This document shows, in pieces, positions 1 to 11,644 of a DNA stretch of 64,000 nucleotides. The position numbers were made by a program, and so were the translations under genes. Each line of letters begins with the position of its first letter. Position 1 is the stretch's first letter. This stretch comes from Chiloscyllium plagiosum (taxonomy: Eukaryota). The notes under the pieces were generated by a model, which saw only the letters and a program-made list of their open reading frames with translations, was not told the DNA's origin and did no database searches. Location: NCBI RefSeq assembly GCF_004010195.1, contig NC_057720.1:23623105-23687104 (forward strand), in the 5' to 3' direction.

Positions 1-350
1 TGGATGGTTATTTGAATAAAAATTCAACCTGCAAGGATTTGGGGGAAAAGGCAGGAAAAACTGCCAGTGTCTCAGCTATTGTAAGAAGCTGTTCTGAAGT
101 GTGGTTCTCACTGCGACAATGTGTTGACCCTCCAGGAAGAAGATAATGGAATGCATGTACACTATCTATCCATGCCCAGAGAGCCAAGAACACTGCTGGA
201 GATTGTTACTTTCAGAGAAAAAGACCTACTTTTAGGAATAGAATGGTTTTGACGTAGATGATCAGCCATGGTCTAGTATGTTGGAGCAGGCTGAACAGCC
301 TACTTCTGCACTTATGTTCCTATGAAATACTTTATGGGTGGAATGAAGTT

Positions 351-862
351 GTGGGGGGTGGGGGTGGGGGTGGGGGGGGGGGGGGGGGGGAGGTATAGTA
401 GTATATGGAGTTAATAGAATTTTGCTAAGAGCTAGACTGGTTCCAATCAGTCCTGTCCAACTGTGACTCTCTGAATAGTGTACAAATGTTTACAATAAAG
501 AATAAATTAATAGTTTATAAATATTCCTTGGCTGACCATGGTATATTGGGCAGATTTCCTCCATCCAAAGCTCCCAGAATCTGTTCATGTTATTTTTGCA
601 CTCAGCAGCCCTGGGGGGGGGGGGGGGGGGGGGGGGGGGAGGTATAGTAGTATATGGAGTTAATAGAATTTTGCTAAGAGCTAGACTGGTTCCAATCAGT
701 CCTGTCCAACTGTGACTCTCTGAATAGTGTACAAATGTTTACAATAAAGAATAAATTAATAGTTTATAAATATTCCTTGGCTGACCATGGTATATTGGGC
801 AGATTTCCTCCATCCAAAGCTCCCAGAATCTGTTCATGTTATTTTTGCACTCAGCAGCCCTG
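351..862. repeat. Identical tandem duplication (period 249 bp), each unit starting with a poly-G run
   Basis: 391-613 equals 640-862 by eye, and both are preceded by a long G tract. Possibly an assembly artefact. Confidence 0.85.
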
Positions 863-1422
863 TGAAACAAAAATATTCTTCAAATCAGTCTAAAGAGCTA
901 AACTTGGCTTGTATGGCAAAGATAATGCTTCAATTCGCCGAGCTGGAAGTTTTTGTTGCGAACAGAACCACAACAACGAGCACCCGAGCTACAAATCTTC
1001 GCACAAACTTTGAATAATGCTTCAAACTAATTTTAAAGGGGCCATTGGTAGCATAGAGGGCCTGGCAGTGAAGGTTATATTGGGTATTTGCTACGAATTG
1101 TAAACTAAAAGAAAACATATAACCTTTTTAGAGGCAGAATGTTGCATGATTGAGGTAATAACTGATCAGAATTTTTTTAAAAAATTCATAAAAACATAAT
1201 GTGCAGTGTGAGACAAATCCTGATCCCCAAAAGTTCCATTTTTTTTTCCAAAGTGGACAAATTAAAGAACTGGAATTATGAAAGTGCATAAAGAGAACAG
1301 GAAGTTAGGGACATTAAAAGGAGTTACCATTGAGGAACAGAGTAGTGAGAATGTAAAACATAACAATGACACTATTCCCACTTTACACCTAAGTACAATG
1401 CCAAGGTACTTAGTAATTGAAG

Positions 1423-1560
1423 GTTAGCTCAATTGACTGAATAGCTGCTCTGTTATTCGAGAGTGATGCCAACAGCAAAGGTTCTATTCCTACATTAGTT
1501 GAAATTGGTATGAGGGATTCTCCTCAAGATTTGCCTGAGGTGCGGTGACTCTCCGATGAG
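1423..1560 (+). mobile_element. Short tRNA-derived SINE (third family; inverted copy at about 8305-8472)
   Basis: TTAGCTCAATTG..GTGATGCCAACAGC..GGTTCTATTCC..GCCTGAGGTG matches the reverse complement of 8305-8472. Confidence 0.6.
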
Positions 1561-1725
1561 AGGTCTGTCCTTTATATCGTTACCTGACGTAGCAATATCA
1601 CCTTACTTTCATCAAGGACATATATGTTGCCCCTTCATCCTCTAGTTATTGGTTATAAAGCTATAGTTCCTTCTTATGAGCCAGGACTCATATATTACAA
1701 GACTCCACTTGCTTTCGTAACAGAA

Positions 1726-1829
1726 GTGGCACAGCAGTTAGCACTGCTGCCTCACAATGCTAGAGACCTGGGTTCAATTCCCATCTCGTTGAGCCGAAGG
1801 GCCTGTTTCCACACTGTAAGTAATCTAAT
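1726..1829 (+). mobile_element. V-SINE head fused directly to its tail (V-domain deleted)
   Basis: GTGGCACAGCAGTTAGCACTGCTGCCTCAC..GGTTCAATTCC then TTGAGCCGAAGGGCCTGTTTCCACACTGTA. Confidence 0.75.
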
Positions 1830-3014
1830 AAAAAAAGTATCGCCTCTCCCCAATAGGAGTCAATATTAAATAACGCCATCAACAATCAAGTATTTATAAT
1901 GTTAAAGTTTTCATATTGTTCCAGTCAGTTTCTGTCCAATTTCATACATGTTAATGATGCCCATGACCTCCCATGAGCAGTTTGTATCTGTAAGTAATTT
2001 AATTAAATTCGAGCAAACACTATCCTCAGAAAGCAAAGTGTGTGTATCTCTGAATGATGATGGACGGGACTTCTCATCGTGCAGGGATCAGATTCCCACA
2101 TGAATAAACTGTATGTGCGTGCGTGTGTGTATGTCTGTGTTTTAAATAAAATCTTCCGGACCACACTATAACCTTAGAGTTCAGACGGTTCAAAACAGTC
2201 TGGGATCTATTTGCAGGTGTTTTCCCAGTAGGATATTAAAACGAGCCAGTTCCCGACGCTCTTAAAAATGGAATTTCCGAAGCTTTGAGATTTACACACA
2301 CACATTACGTCTTGCTTTTATAAGTGGTGATGTAAGTAATTCTGTCAACGCGCTTTCTGTTTTGAAGAAATGTGAGCGTCTCTGTTGATAAATTGCTCCA
2401 TGCAAAAGTTCCCCAACACACAAAGGGAGGCGAGTTTGATTTCAGTTCAAGTCTTCAACATCTGGCATTTTCAAGGTCTGGGGCTACCTTCCATTGGTAG
2501 GTGTATCCAGGACATAGCGACATCCGAAAGACACCGATTGGGATTTCCGTCCAGATGCTGGAGGAAGAGGAATGTTTTGAACATGAGACAAAGCGGCCAG
2601 GGTAGCCCACAGTGAATCTGTGATTATCTTCCGCACGACTTTGTGTAGGTTGTTCTTTTAAAGCAAGCAGACGCTGGTCTCCAACCAATCACATCTTCAG
2701 CTCTTTGCTGGAAGGACTGGGAAGAGAAGTGTTTGCTCAAAGTAAGTCAGATCCCCGCCCGAATTTAACATTGTGAGTGGATGAGTTTTGAGTTAAAATC
2801 CGGAGAATGCTTCGTTTTTATGTACTTTGCCCGAACCATAAAACAGTGCCAAACATGATTGGACAATGCTGCAACGTGAGGACGATTGAGTGATAGTGTC
2901 TTTACCTGGAGGGGCCAAGTCCCACCTGCACCAGTGGTGTAGCAGAAAATAAAATATGAAACAATAAAAAGGGTCGCTGGACTCGAAACGTTGACTCTGC
3001 TTTCTCTCCATATA

Positions 3015-4495
3015 GAGCTGAAAAATGTGTTGCTGGAAAAGCGCAGCAGGTCAGGCAGCATCCAAGGAGCCCTTCTTCAGGAATGAGGAGGGTGTGCCAA
3101 GCAGGCTAAGATAAAAGGTAGGGAGGAGGGATTTGGAGGAGGATGATACAATGTATCTGGAGGTTGGTGGGGTGGTAAGTGAGGACCAGTGGGGTTCTGT
3201 CCTGGTGGCGATTGGAGGGGTGGGGTGGAGCGGGAAGTGGAGGAGATGTGGTGGAGAGCATCGTCAACCACGTCTGAGGGGAAATTGCGGTCTTTGAAGG
3301 AGGAGGCCATCTGGGTTGTTCAGTATTGGAATTGATCCCTGGGAGCAGATGTGGCGGAGGCGAAGGAATTGGGAATATGGAATGGCATTTTTACAGGGGG
3401 CAGGGTGGGAGGAGGTGTAATCTAGACAGCTGTGGGAGTCAGTCGGTTTATAATAAACGTCTGTGTTGAGTCGGTCATCCGAGGTAGAAATGGAGAGGTC
3501 TAGGAAGGGGAGGGAGGAGTCTGAGACGGTCCAGGTAAATTTGAGGTCGGGGTGGAAGGTGTTGGTAAAGTGGATGAACTGTTCAACCTCCTCNNNNNNN
3601 NNNNNNNNNNNNNNNNNNNNNNNNNNNNNNNNNNNNNNNNNNNNNNNNNNNNNNNNNNNNNNNNNNNNNNNNNNNNNNNNNNNNNNNNNNNNNNNNNNNN
3701 NNNNNNNNNNNNNNNNNNNNNNNNNNNNNNNNNNNNNNNNNNNNNNNNNNNNNNNNNNNNNNNNNNNNNNNNNNNNNNNNNNNNNNNNNNNNNNNNNNNN
3801 NNNNNNNNNNNNNNNNNNNNNNNNNNNNNNNNNNNNNNNNNNNNNNNNNNNNNNNNNNNNNNNNNNNNNNNNNNNNNNNNNNNNNNNNNNNNNNNNNNNN
3901 NNNNNNNNNNNNNNNNNNNNNNNNNNNNNNNNNNNNNNNNNNNNNNNNNNNNNNNNNNNNNNNNNNNNNNNNNNNNNNNNNNNNNNNNNNNNNNNNNNNN
4001 NNNNNNNNNNNNNNNNNNNNNNNNNNNNNNNNNNNNNNNNNNNNNNNNNNNNNNNNNNNNNNNNNNNNNNNNNNNNNNNNNNNNNNNNNNNNNNNNNNNN
4101 NNNNNNNNNNNNNNNNNNNNNNNNNNNNNNNNNNNNNNNNNNNNNNNNNNNNNNNNNNNNNNNNNNNNNNNNNNNNNNNNNNNNNNNNNACCCTCGGATT
4201 CAGCACCGCCTTCTTGACCTGCAATCTTCTTCCCGACCTCTCTGCCCCCACCCCCTCTCCGGCCTATCACCCTCACCTTAACCTCCTTCCACCTATCACA
4301 TTCCCAACGCCCCTCCCCCAAGTTCCTCCTCCCTACCTTTTATCTTAGCCTGTTTGGCACACCCTCCTCATTCCTGAAGAAGGGTTTATGCCTAAAACGT
4401 CGATTCTTCTGCTCCTTTGATGCTGCCTGACCTGCTGCGCTTTTCCAGCAACACATTTTTCAGCTCTGATCTCCAGCATCTGCAGTCCTCACTTT
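3015..4495. mobile_element. Penelope-like element with inverted ends and RT remnant, inserted in an older PLE-derived repeat
   Basis: Minus strand 3300-3593 translates EEVEQFIHFTNTFHPDLKFTWTVSDSSLPFLDLSISTSDDRLNTDVYYKPTDSHSCLDYTSSHPAPCKNAIPYSQFLRLRHICS (PLE RT/thumb). 3015-3135 is an inverted copy of the 3' end at 4320-4470. CTTTCTCTCCATATA is duplicated at about 3000-3014 and 4492-4506. Confidence 0.85.
3594..4189. other. Assembly gap (N run) inside a Penelope-like element
   Basis: 596 N. Confidence 1.
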
Positions 4496-4723
4496 CTCTC
4501 CATATATGCTGCCAAACATGCTGAGTTTCTCCAGCAATTCCTGTTTGTGTGTCAAAGCATGTCTGGACAGATGGATTCATCACAAGATAAGTGGCTTTTT
4601 GCGGCGCCATGGTAATATCCTTAACTCTGAGCCAGGAGGCCTGTGTTCAATCTTACCTGTCAAAATATTTCTGTGCAGGTTAATTGGAAATATCTATGAA
4701 AACGTTGCTAAATAATGATGCTG

Positions 4724-4925
4724 TAGATTAGATTCCTTTAGGCCCATTTCCCTCTGACTACTACACTTAACATTATAGGCAATTTGGCATGGCCAATTCA
4801 CCTGACCTACAGGAGGAAACCCACACGGTCGCGTGGAGAATGTACAAACCCCACACAGTCACCCGAAGCTGGGATTGAACCTCGGCCCTTAGTGCTATGA
4901 GGCAGCAGTGCTAACCACTGAGCCA
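4724..4925 (-). mobile_element. V-SINE, internally deleted
   Basis: Reverse complement of the tRNA head and part of the V-domain. Confidence 0.8.
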
Positions 4926-4947
4926 TAATAGGTACGCTTTTCAACAA

Positions 4948-5126
4948 AGAGAAAGTGAGGGCTGCAGAAGCTGGAGATCAGAGTCCAGAGTGTGTTGCTG
5001 GAAAAGCACAGTTGGTCAGGCAGCATCCGAGGAGCAGGAGAATGGACGTTTCGGGTATAAGCCTGATAAAGGAGCTTATGCCTGAAACGTCAATTCACCT
5101 GCTCTTTGGATCGTGCCTGACCTGTT
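4948..5126 (-). mobile_element. Palindromic PLE-derived mini-insertion (family A)
   Basis: PLE 3' terminus GAGAAAGTGAGG..., inverted arms joined in the hammerhead stem. TSD CTTTTCAACAA at 4937-4947 and 5127-5137. Confidence 0.8.
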
Positions 5127-5235
5127 CTTTTCAACAACTTGCTATGGGTGTGTGAACCAGGTGGGACTTGAGTGGCCTCGCCCAGAGGAACCGTGTCTGT
5201 GCACCACAGGAATAAATACATGAGCAGTAATTACC

Positions 5236-5444
5236 ACTCACCTATTGTACTCTATGCTACTTTCTCCCCACCCCCCCCCTCCTCTAGCTTATCTCTCCAC
5301 GCTCACTGCCTTTATTCCTGATGAAGGGCTTTTGCCCGAAACGTCGATTTTACTGCTCCTCGGATGCTGCCTGAACTGCTGCGCTCCTCCAGCACCACTG
5401 ATCCAGAATCTGGTTTCCAGCATCTGCAGTCATTGTTTTTACCT
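5236..5444 (+). mobile_element. 5'-truncated PLE 3' end (family C) with intact hammerhead core
   Basis: TSD AGTAATTACC at 5226-5235 and 5445-5454. Contains CTGATGAAGGGCTTTTGCCCGAAACGTC. Confidence 0.85.
5318..5345 (+). ncRNA. Minimal hammerhead ribozyme core (PLE type)
   Basis: CUGAUGA-A-GGGC-UUUU-GCCC-GAAA-CGUC: all core nucleotides present, loopless palindromic stem III (ACGU), GUC cleavage triplet. Confidence 0.75.
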
Positions 5445-6182
5445 AGTAATTACCGCCTGTCGACATTAAATGTTTTCAGTGGACTGGCGTTGTTACTGAA
5501 ACAATTCAGCTGCTCCTGCTTCACCTGGGGTCCGTGTGTGTGTGTCAGAAAAACAATACCGTGGTAGCGAAATGGTAAAGAAACTTCTCTGGGCCCCACT
5601 TGGGTTTGAGGTACACGACCAAGTGGCACAGGACTCACTTGGAGCTAGCATAATAACTCCGGTACCTGCACATCGTGCCTGCCTCTGAAGAAAACACTGC
5701 GGGACGCCAAGATCGGAAGCTCAGGCGCGGAACTGTTTCAAGGGATTTGGGGACTGGCTGTGTTTTCTTTGAAATCTCACTTTTTAAAAAAAATGTAAAT
5801 TCCTAAACCTGACTATTGAGGATACACTTGTCATGTGAGTCTGCCTCCTGGGCTCATGAAGGTAGCCTTGTTAGGTCTGGTCACGTTGCTGTGATGCTTT
5901 CTTGTGTTCCGCCCCCCACCCTGTAACGGACGTGAAAGGCGCCACATAAAGGCAAGTCGGGGTGGGTTGACATGAGCCAACAGGGCGACACATTCCTATA
6001 GCGTCGGTGCCTGCTGGGTGTCACTCTGCGCCTTTCTAAGCGGTCAGAGCCGTGATGTGGGGCGGCCAGGCAGCTTTTGGTGACGCGCTGTTCCCCTGTG
6101 TGCTAACTTCTGGGATTTAATATGCACGGTTCAATAATTGGAGCGTCTTAACGCTGCAGGAGGGGCAAAAAAAAAGCCCCAC

Positions 6183-6200
6183 CACACACACACACACACA
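6183..6200. repeat. (CA)n microsatellite upstream of the PLPPR4 ATG
   Basis: About 9 CA units directly after an A-run and CCCCAC. Confidence 0.85.
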
Positions 6201-6433
6201 ATCAGCGGCAGGCAAAGAAACGGTGCGAGTCTGGGGAAGCTGGCAATGTGCGGTCGAGCCTGTCGGACCACATTACTGCTGTCCCCCTGCCCGTGGATCT
6301 GCGCAGCCTGACTGAGAGGGGCGAGACTTGTTGGAGGCAACAGCCAGGGAGGGAATGGAAGGCAGCCAGGCAGCCTGAGCTTCCCTGGGAGATTGTGCCA
6401 AGCGTGTGTCGGGAGTGGGCTTGAAGATCCAAC

Positions 6434-6511
6434 ATGTCTTCGAAGGAGAGGCAGAAAGGGAGGCTGACCAAGGACAGCGTGACGCTGCTGCCCTGTTTTT
6501 ACTTCGTGGAG
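6434..6511 (+). CDS. PLPPR4: PLPPR4 coding exon 1 (MSSKERQKGRLTKDSVTLLPCFYFVE)
   Basis: ATG at 6434 with A at -3. 26 codons closely match the recalled PLPPR4 segment MSAKERPKGKVIKDSVTLLPCFYFVE. Ends GAG|GTAAGT (phase 0 donor at 6512). Confidence 0.93.
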
Positions 6512-8587
6512 GTAAGTGCACGCCCAGGTAAGACCGTCCCCAATGCTGGAACTTCCAAACAGTGGCATTGCCAGCCCCGTCTTAATTCAGTCAAGGATGC
6601 TCGGTCTCCGCTCGCAACCCCCACAACCCCATCAAATGGGTAAAGCCAAGTGTATTCCTCAACGTTAAATCATGTATGGGAATCACGTCCACTGGGGTGG
6701 GAAGTGTATTCAGCCAGCCGGCTGAGTCAACTCATCGAGGGCGAGCGTCCAAGAAAGGGACCCACGGCACAATATTTACAGCTTTCTCCTTCCAGTTGTT
6801 CCCACAAATGTTGCAATTGTTGGGTTGATGAGTGACAGTTGTGAAAACAAAATGCACGGTCACGCCAGATTAATATTTGCATACTGAACGGTTGACTTGT
6901 GAACACTGCAACGTGACACTGTTGTCTCCGTGCTCTTAACACCGTCCTGGATTAGATTTATTTAATAAAAATGAAAACTCACCATTGGATGTCATATTGC
7001 AATGTAGAACTAAACATGCCCTCCTTCAAATTCAATAAAACAGCAAATCCCCAGGAACGATTGTGAGCGTGAGAGGCAGCTTAACATACATTGCTTTTAT
7101 GTCATTTTTTTTGAAGGGGAAATAATGCACTCCACTTTTATGTCATATTGTGAATAATAGAATGGAACTGGATTGGCTGTGTATGATAAACCCATTATGG
7201 CCCAGAATGGATGGGAGAGTAATGGGGATCTCTGGACACCTGTCCTTGTTGGTTCATTAAAAGTCCATCAATTTGCATAGAAGGTCAGGTTCGCCACAAA
7301 TTGCTGGGTGCTTTGCCCTGGCCCTCCCTTGGCGTTGTGCATCGTGCAATTGCTGTATTTCCGCCGTCAATACGAGCAAAGCTCGTCAATGCTTTGAAGT
7401 ACTGACAGTTCGGGTCCTAAGGACCCTGCAGTTCCACTCGAACTTGGAGGCTCAAAAAGGAACAATGGTCTAACCTAATGGATGCAGTCAGTTGTTCCTA
7501 AATGTTATACAACTGGACATTTTCTCACTATTTTAAAAAAAATCTGTATTCATCATTATCTCTCTTTCCCCATCCTTACTTTTCATTGAACTTAGTCAAA
7601 CTGACTCAATTGATTGGACTTCCTGTTCTATTGTTTGCTCAGTTAAATTCTTTACTTGAGGAAATGAATCTAAGGATCAAAATGTCTATTGACATCTCTG
7701 CATCATGTCCAACTCCAATATCCAGTAATTTGAGGCAACAAAACCATCCAATCTGAAGGGTGTAGGAAAATCCAGTTCTCAGCAGACATCCTGAGGTGTG
7801 GCCCTCCACCCATTCCTGGGCCATCCTCGTAAAATATGCCATGAATGTGAGTTAGTATTCCCAATGTGGTGAGTAATAAGGATACCATATGTTCAACAAG
7901 AGCACTCAAATTATTTCATTCCAGTTAAAAGAATATTCTCAACCCTTTGCATCGATTAAAACAAGCTAGTCACAGAAACTTCCCTCCATTGTGTGCCTCA
8001 GCTTTTGATATCTTCCCATCATAGATGAGTACCTGATAGTGATGGGACAAAGAAATTGATGCTCTCACTAGGATTTTTTTGTGAAAGAGCCGAAATAGCC
8101 TTTCAATTTTCAATTCTGTTTCTGAGACATGTCTCCAATGGTGTTAAATTCTTAACAATAGAATTTGCTGAAGATTGGAGATATTCCAATGATGATCTAC
8201 TGTGTGGAAATACCCCAATTTTAATGTTTGGTATCAAGGTATTTCACTTTCAGTTATAAAAAGTGAAACTGCAACAATCCTGCTGAACCATAGAGTAATT
8301 TTGTCATTAGAGAAAAGACAACTGGTGATGGCTTAATCTGAGGGGAATGACACCTCAGGCAATGGGAGAGGTTGAGAAAGAAAATCCTTCATGATAATGT
8401 CAGCCAGTGTGGGAATTGAGCCTGTGTAGTTGGCACAGCTCTGCACTGCAAACAAATCAACTGAGCTAATCAACCAATTATACAATGGTGCGTGAGTCCA
8501 TCCATTTCTTTGCTGTTATACTTAAGTTCTTCCAGTCAATTATATTGACAGCCAATTTCAACTTTCTCCTCACTACTTCCAATACAC

Positions 8588-8757
8588 GTGGACAAAGTTA
8601 AAAATCACACAACACCAGGTTATAGTCCAACAGGTTTATTTGGATATACAAGCTTTTGGAGCACTACTTCCAAATAAACCTGCTGGACTATAACCTGGTG
8701 TTGTGTGACTTTTAACTTTGCCCACCCCAGTCCAACACCGGCACCTCCACATCATGA
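8588..8757. mobile_element. Palindromic PLE-type mini-repeat (family D), centre eroded
   Basis: About 55 bp inverted repeat (8588-8643 vs 8668-8725: AAAGTTAAAAATCACACAACACCAGGTTATAGTCCAACAGGTTTATTTGG) plus unpaired tail CCCCAGTCCAACACCGGCACCTCCACATCAT. PLE affiliation is inferred from architecture. Confidence 0.55.
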
Positions 8758-9589
8758 CTGTAGGTGTGGTAATGTCACAAAACAATTTCAGTTTTGTGTC
8801 AGTGCCAAATTTGAGACCCATTTGAAGGGTCTAATGCCGTGTGCATTTTCTAGATATGACAGACTAAAAAATCCAAGTTGGGCATTCCACAAAGAAGATG
8901 AAATTTGCCTTGAATTTCTGGGTGAGCTGACTCTTCCTCCAGAGGGTAACCCCTGATGTATATTAGGACTTTACCTATCAGTGATGAAAGTGAAATTCCA
9001 TGGTGGTTCTCACAACTCAAGTGAATTATTTTAGTTTTCAGAAATTGGACAACATTGACATCCTTGAGTAAAGAATTAGCTGGGATAAAATGGCCATCAA
9101 CATTCCATCATGGCATTACCCCTGCTAGATCCTTTTGGACATATTTAGAGGCAGAAGTGCTGTAAAACTTAGTTGCCAGATGCTTGACATACTTGTCAAT
9201 ATATTGGGCTTCTGATGAATGTTCATTGATTAAGTGGGCTGTTCTCCCATCAGTGCACCCATAGAATCTGATACTCATCCATTGACTGAATGGAAGACTC
9301 CATCCCTTGAGGTAGTCATTGCACTACATCAGTTTAATGCAGCATAGAATATAAATTCAATGTCATGTCAATTCACTTTGTAAAAGTGCTCAAGGAGTCT
9401 AATGAACCCTATTTCCCACATATACAGGTTCCTCCACACCATTATATTACATGAGCTCAGGTGTTCCCCTCCCCTTTTATAAATATTTAATTTCATGACT
9501 GTTGAGAGTGAGCTATGCCCACATTTTATGGATAAGCAAGTCCATAGCTCTCTCCTGACAAGTCTACTATAGTTCCTACCAAGCAGTAA

Positions 9590-10370
9590 GCAACACCAAC
9601 TTACAATAAAGATGCTGCATAAATATAATGAAACATCCTAAGGCACTTACATGCAGCATTATAAAACAAAGCATGATATTGAGCCATGTAAGAAGACATT
9701 AGGTCATACAAGCAAAAGCTTAGTCACAGAGAAAGATTTTAATGAATATCTTTAATGAAGGAAATCAGGGTAGATTAGAGAGATGGAAAAAATGATATTC
9801 CAGAACATGGTAATGAATGATGGCATAATTATAATGTGGAATGCAATGGAGGCTAGAATCAGAGGAGCAGAGATATTGTTTGAGGCTGTGGAGCTGGAAT
9901 AGAGTACAAAGTTAGAGAGGACAAGGTTGTGCAGGGATTTAAAACCAAGGATGTAGGTTGCCAAGTTCAAGGCTGATGCAGGAATATGTTTCCTTCCAGT
10001 TAAAAAGCAGGAAGCAGAGTTTTGAATGGCCTCAAGGTTTGAGATTTAGGTTATGATAGATCTGCCAGTAGCCTGTTGGTACAGTTGCGTCTAGAGATAA
10101 TTAAAGCATTAATAATGGTTCCAACAGCAGATGATGAGCTGAGATAGGAGTGTACTAAGAAGGTGGTAATATTGGTCTTTGTAATAGCACAAATATGCAG
10201 TTGGAAACTCATTGAGAGATCAAATGTGACATCAAAGTTGTGATTAGACTATCTTAATGTAGACTGTTGTGTGAGAGAGGAGTGCGGGGGTGGGGGTTAG
10301 TCAGTGAGTGAACAGAGCTTAGAACAAGGACCAAAAACAATGAGTTCAAGCCCTCCCAGCAGGTAGATGA
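9590..10370 (-). mobile_element. Old L2-clade LINE 3' fragment
   Basis: Starts with an inverted L2-type tail (AACTT..AAACATCCTAAGGCACTT..GAGCCATGTAAGAAGACATTAGG). Purine-rich body with degenerate minus-strand coding (ORF 9752..9970 ..GFKSLHNLV..). Family assignment from recall. Confidence 0.6.
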
Positions 10371-11644
10371 GAAATGGAAGAGGCCAAGGAAGATCCTTGT
10401 AAATGCTGGAAGTGACAGTGCAGGAGCAAAAAAAAGCCACTGAAAGTAATTGTTTGGCTATGATTGGAAATATTGAATGAAAATGTAATTCACCCAAACT
10501 GGGGGGACCATTTCAGACCAATAGCTTCAATACACCACTAAACTCACCCCACCGCAACAAATTTCCCACCATCCTGACCTCAATAAACGTAACAGAACAA
10601 CCTGAGAAGTATCATACATGGCATAGAGCACAAAGTTTGCGTCTATTTTCTCTATCCAAATACTATTATAAATACAGAACTTGCATTGGTGCAAAACAGT
10701 AGGAGATTCTAATCATCATAAACTGTGTGGTACAATTTGTGTGTGAAATCAACTGAAGTGCACTTTGAGTTATATAACAGTTGGAAGCTGAAGCCTGTAT
10801 GTGGCAGCTCCTGGAGGTTCTTTGAATGATGCTGCCACTTAGATGTTGATTTTTATTCTGAAATTATTTTCAATCAGGTATGGGCCACTTCTGGGAAGTA
10901 ATTGCACATCACTCCAGCATTGCACCTGCTTTACTATAACTGCAGCCAGACTAATCTGGAACATGTACATGTTTAATTTGATCATCTTTAAAGATAGCAG
11001 ATAACTGGGGGGGGGGATGGGGATATACTGAGTGGAAGTCTGAATGCAGAAGCAATTGTAGTGTGGCCTGATCAGAAGTTGATACAGAACATACATATGT
11101 CAGTTGTCTATTGCTATTGATCAGTAGCAGGTAATGTTACATAATGGCTTAAATCTGTTGTAAAACAACTTCTTAGGTCACTCAAAGCCTTAGGGCTGGA
11201 AGTAGCACAATGGTAACATCTCTAGTCTAATAGGTTAACCAGGTTAATATTCAGAGGACATGGGATTGTCTCCCACAGTAGATGGTGACATTTGAATTCA
11301 GTCAAAAATCTGGAATAAAAAGCTAGTCTAAAATCCAGCAGGTGCATTAATACCCTTTAGGAAAGGAAATTTGCTAACCTTGCCTGGTCTGGCCTGCATG
11401 TGACTCCAGATCTACAGCAATGTTGTTAACTGTTAACTGCCCTCTGGACAATTAGTGACGGGGAATAGCCCACAACACTGACATCTCATGAATGCATTTT
11501 AAAAATGCTGCTTTGAAAATCTTTTGTGCCTATGTTCTGACATTTTACTTGAAGTTTCCAGTGACAGTTTCACTTTGTCAGACTTGGTGTCTTGTTAATT
11601 CTTGCCGTACATTATGAGCAGTAGCATCCTTTGTAACTTGGGAC

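Larger units (their letters stand above)
2968..4550 (+). mobile_element. Older PLE-derived short repeat (family B), split by the 3015-4495 insertion
   Basis: GGGTCGCTGGACTCGAAACGTTGACTCTGCTTTCTCTCCA continues after the insert as TGCTGCCAAACATGCTGAGTTTCTCCAGCAATT. Same family as 21437-21635 and 39935-40300. Confidence 0.7.
5880..6620 (+). promoter_or_regulatory. CpG-rich promoter / 5'UTR region of PLPPR4
   Basis: Locally high GC and many CpGs compared with the CpG-depleted introns. Surrounds the ATG exon. TSS cannot be determined from sequence. Confidence 0.6.

Noticed and set aside
3463..4321. Long ORFs of 220-300 aa here and at 13721-14705
   Set aside because: They run through N gaps; the real flanks are PLE/CR1 fragments.
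6460..6482. REST/NRSE-like ACCAAGGACAGCG in exon 1
   Set aside because: Only the right half-site matches, and the sequence is explained by codons for TKDSV.
6131..6568. 145 aa antisense ORF over the PLPPR4 first exon
   Set aside because: GC-rich region, crosses a microsatellite, no recognisable domain; a chance ORF.
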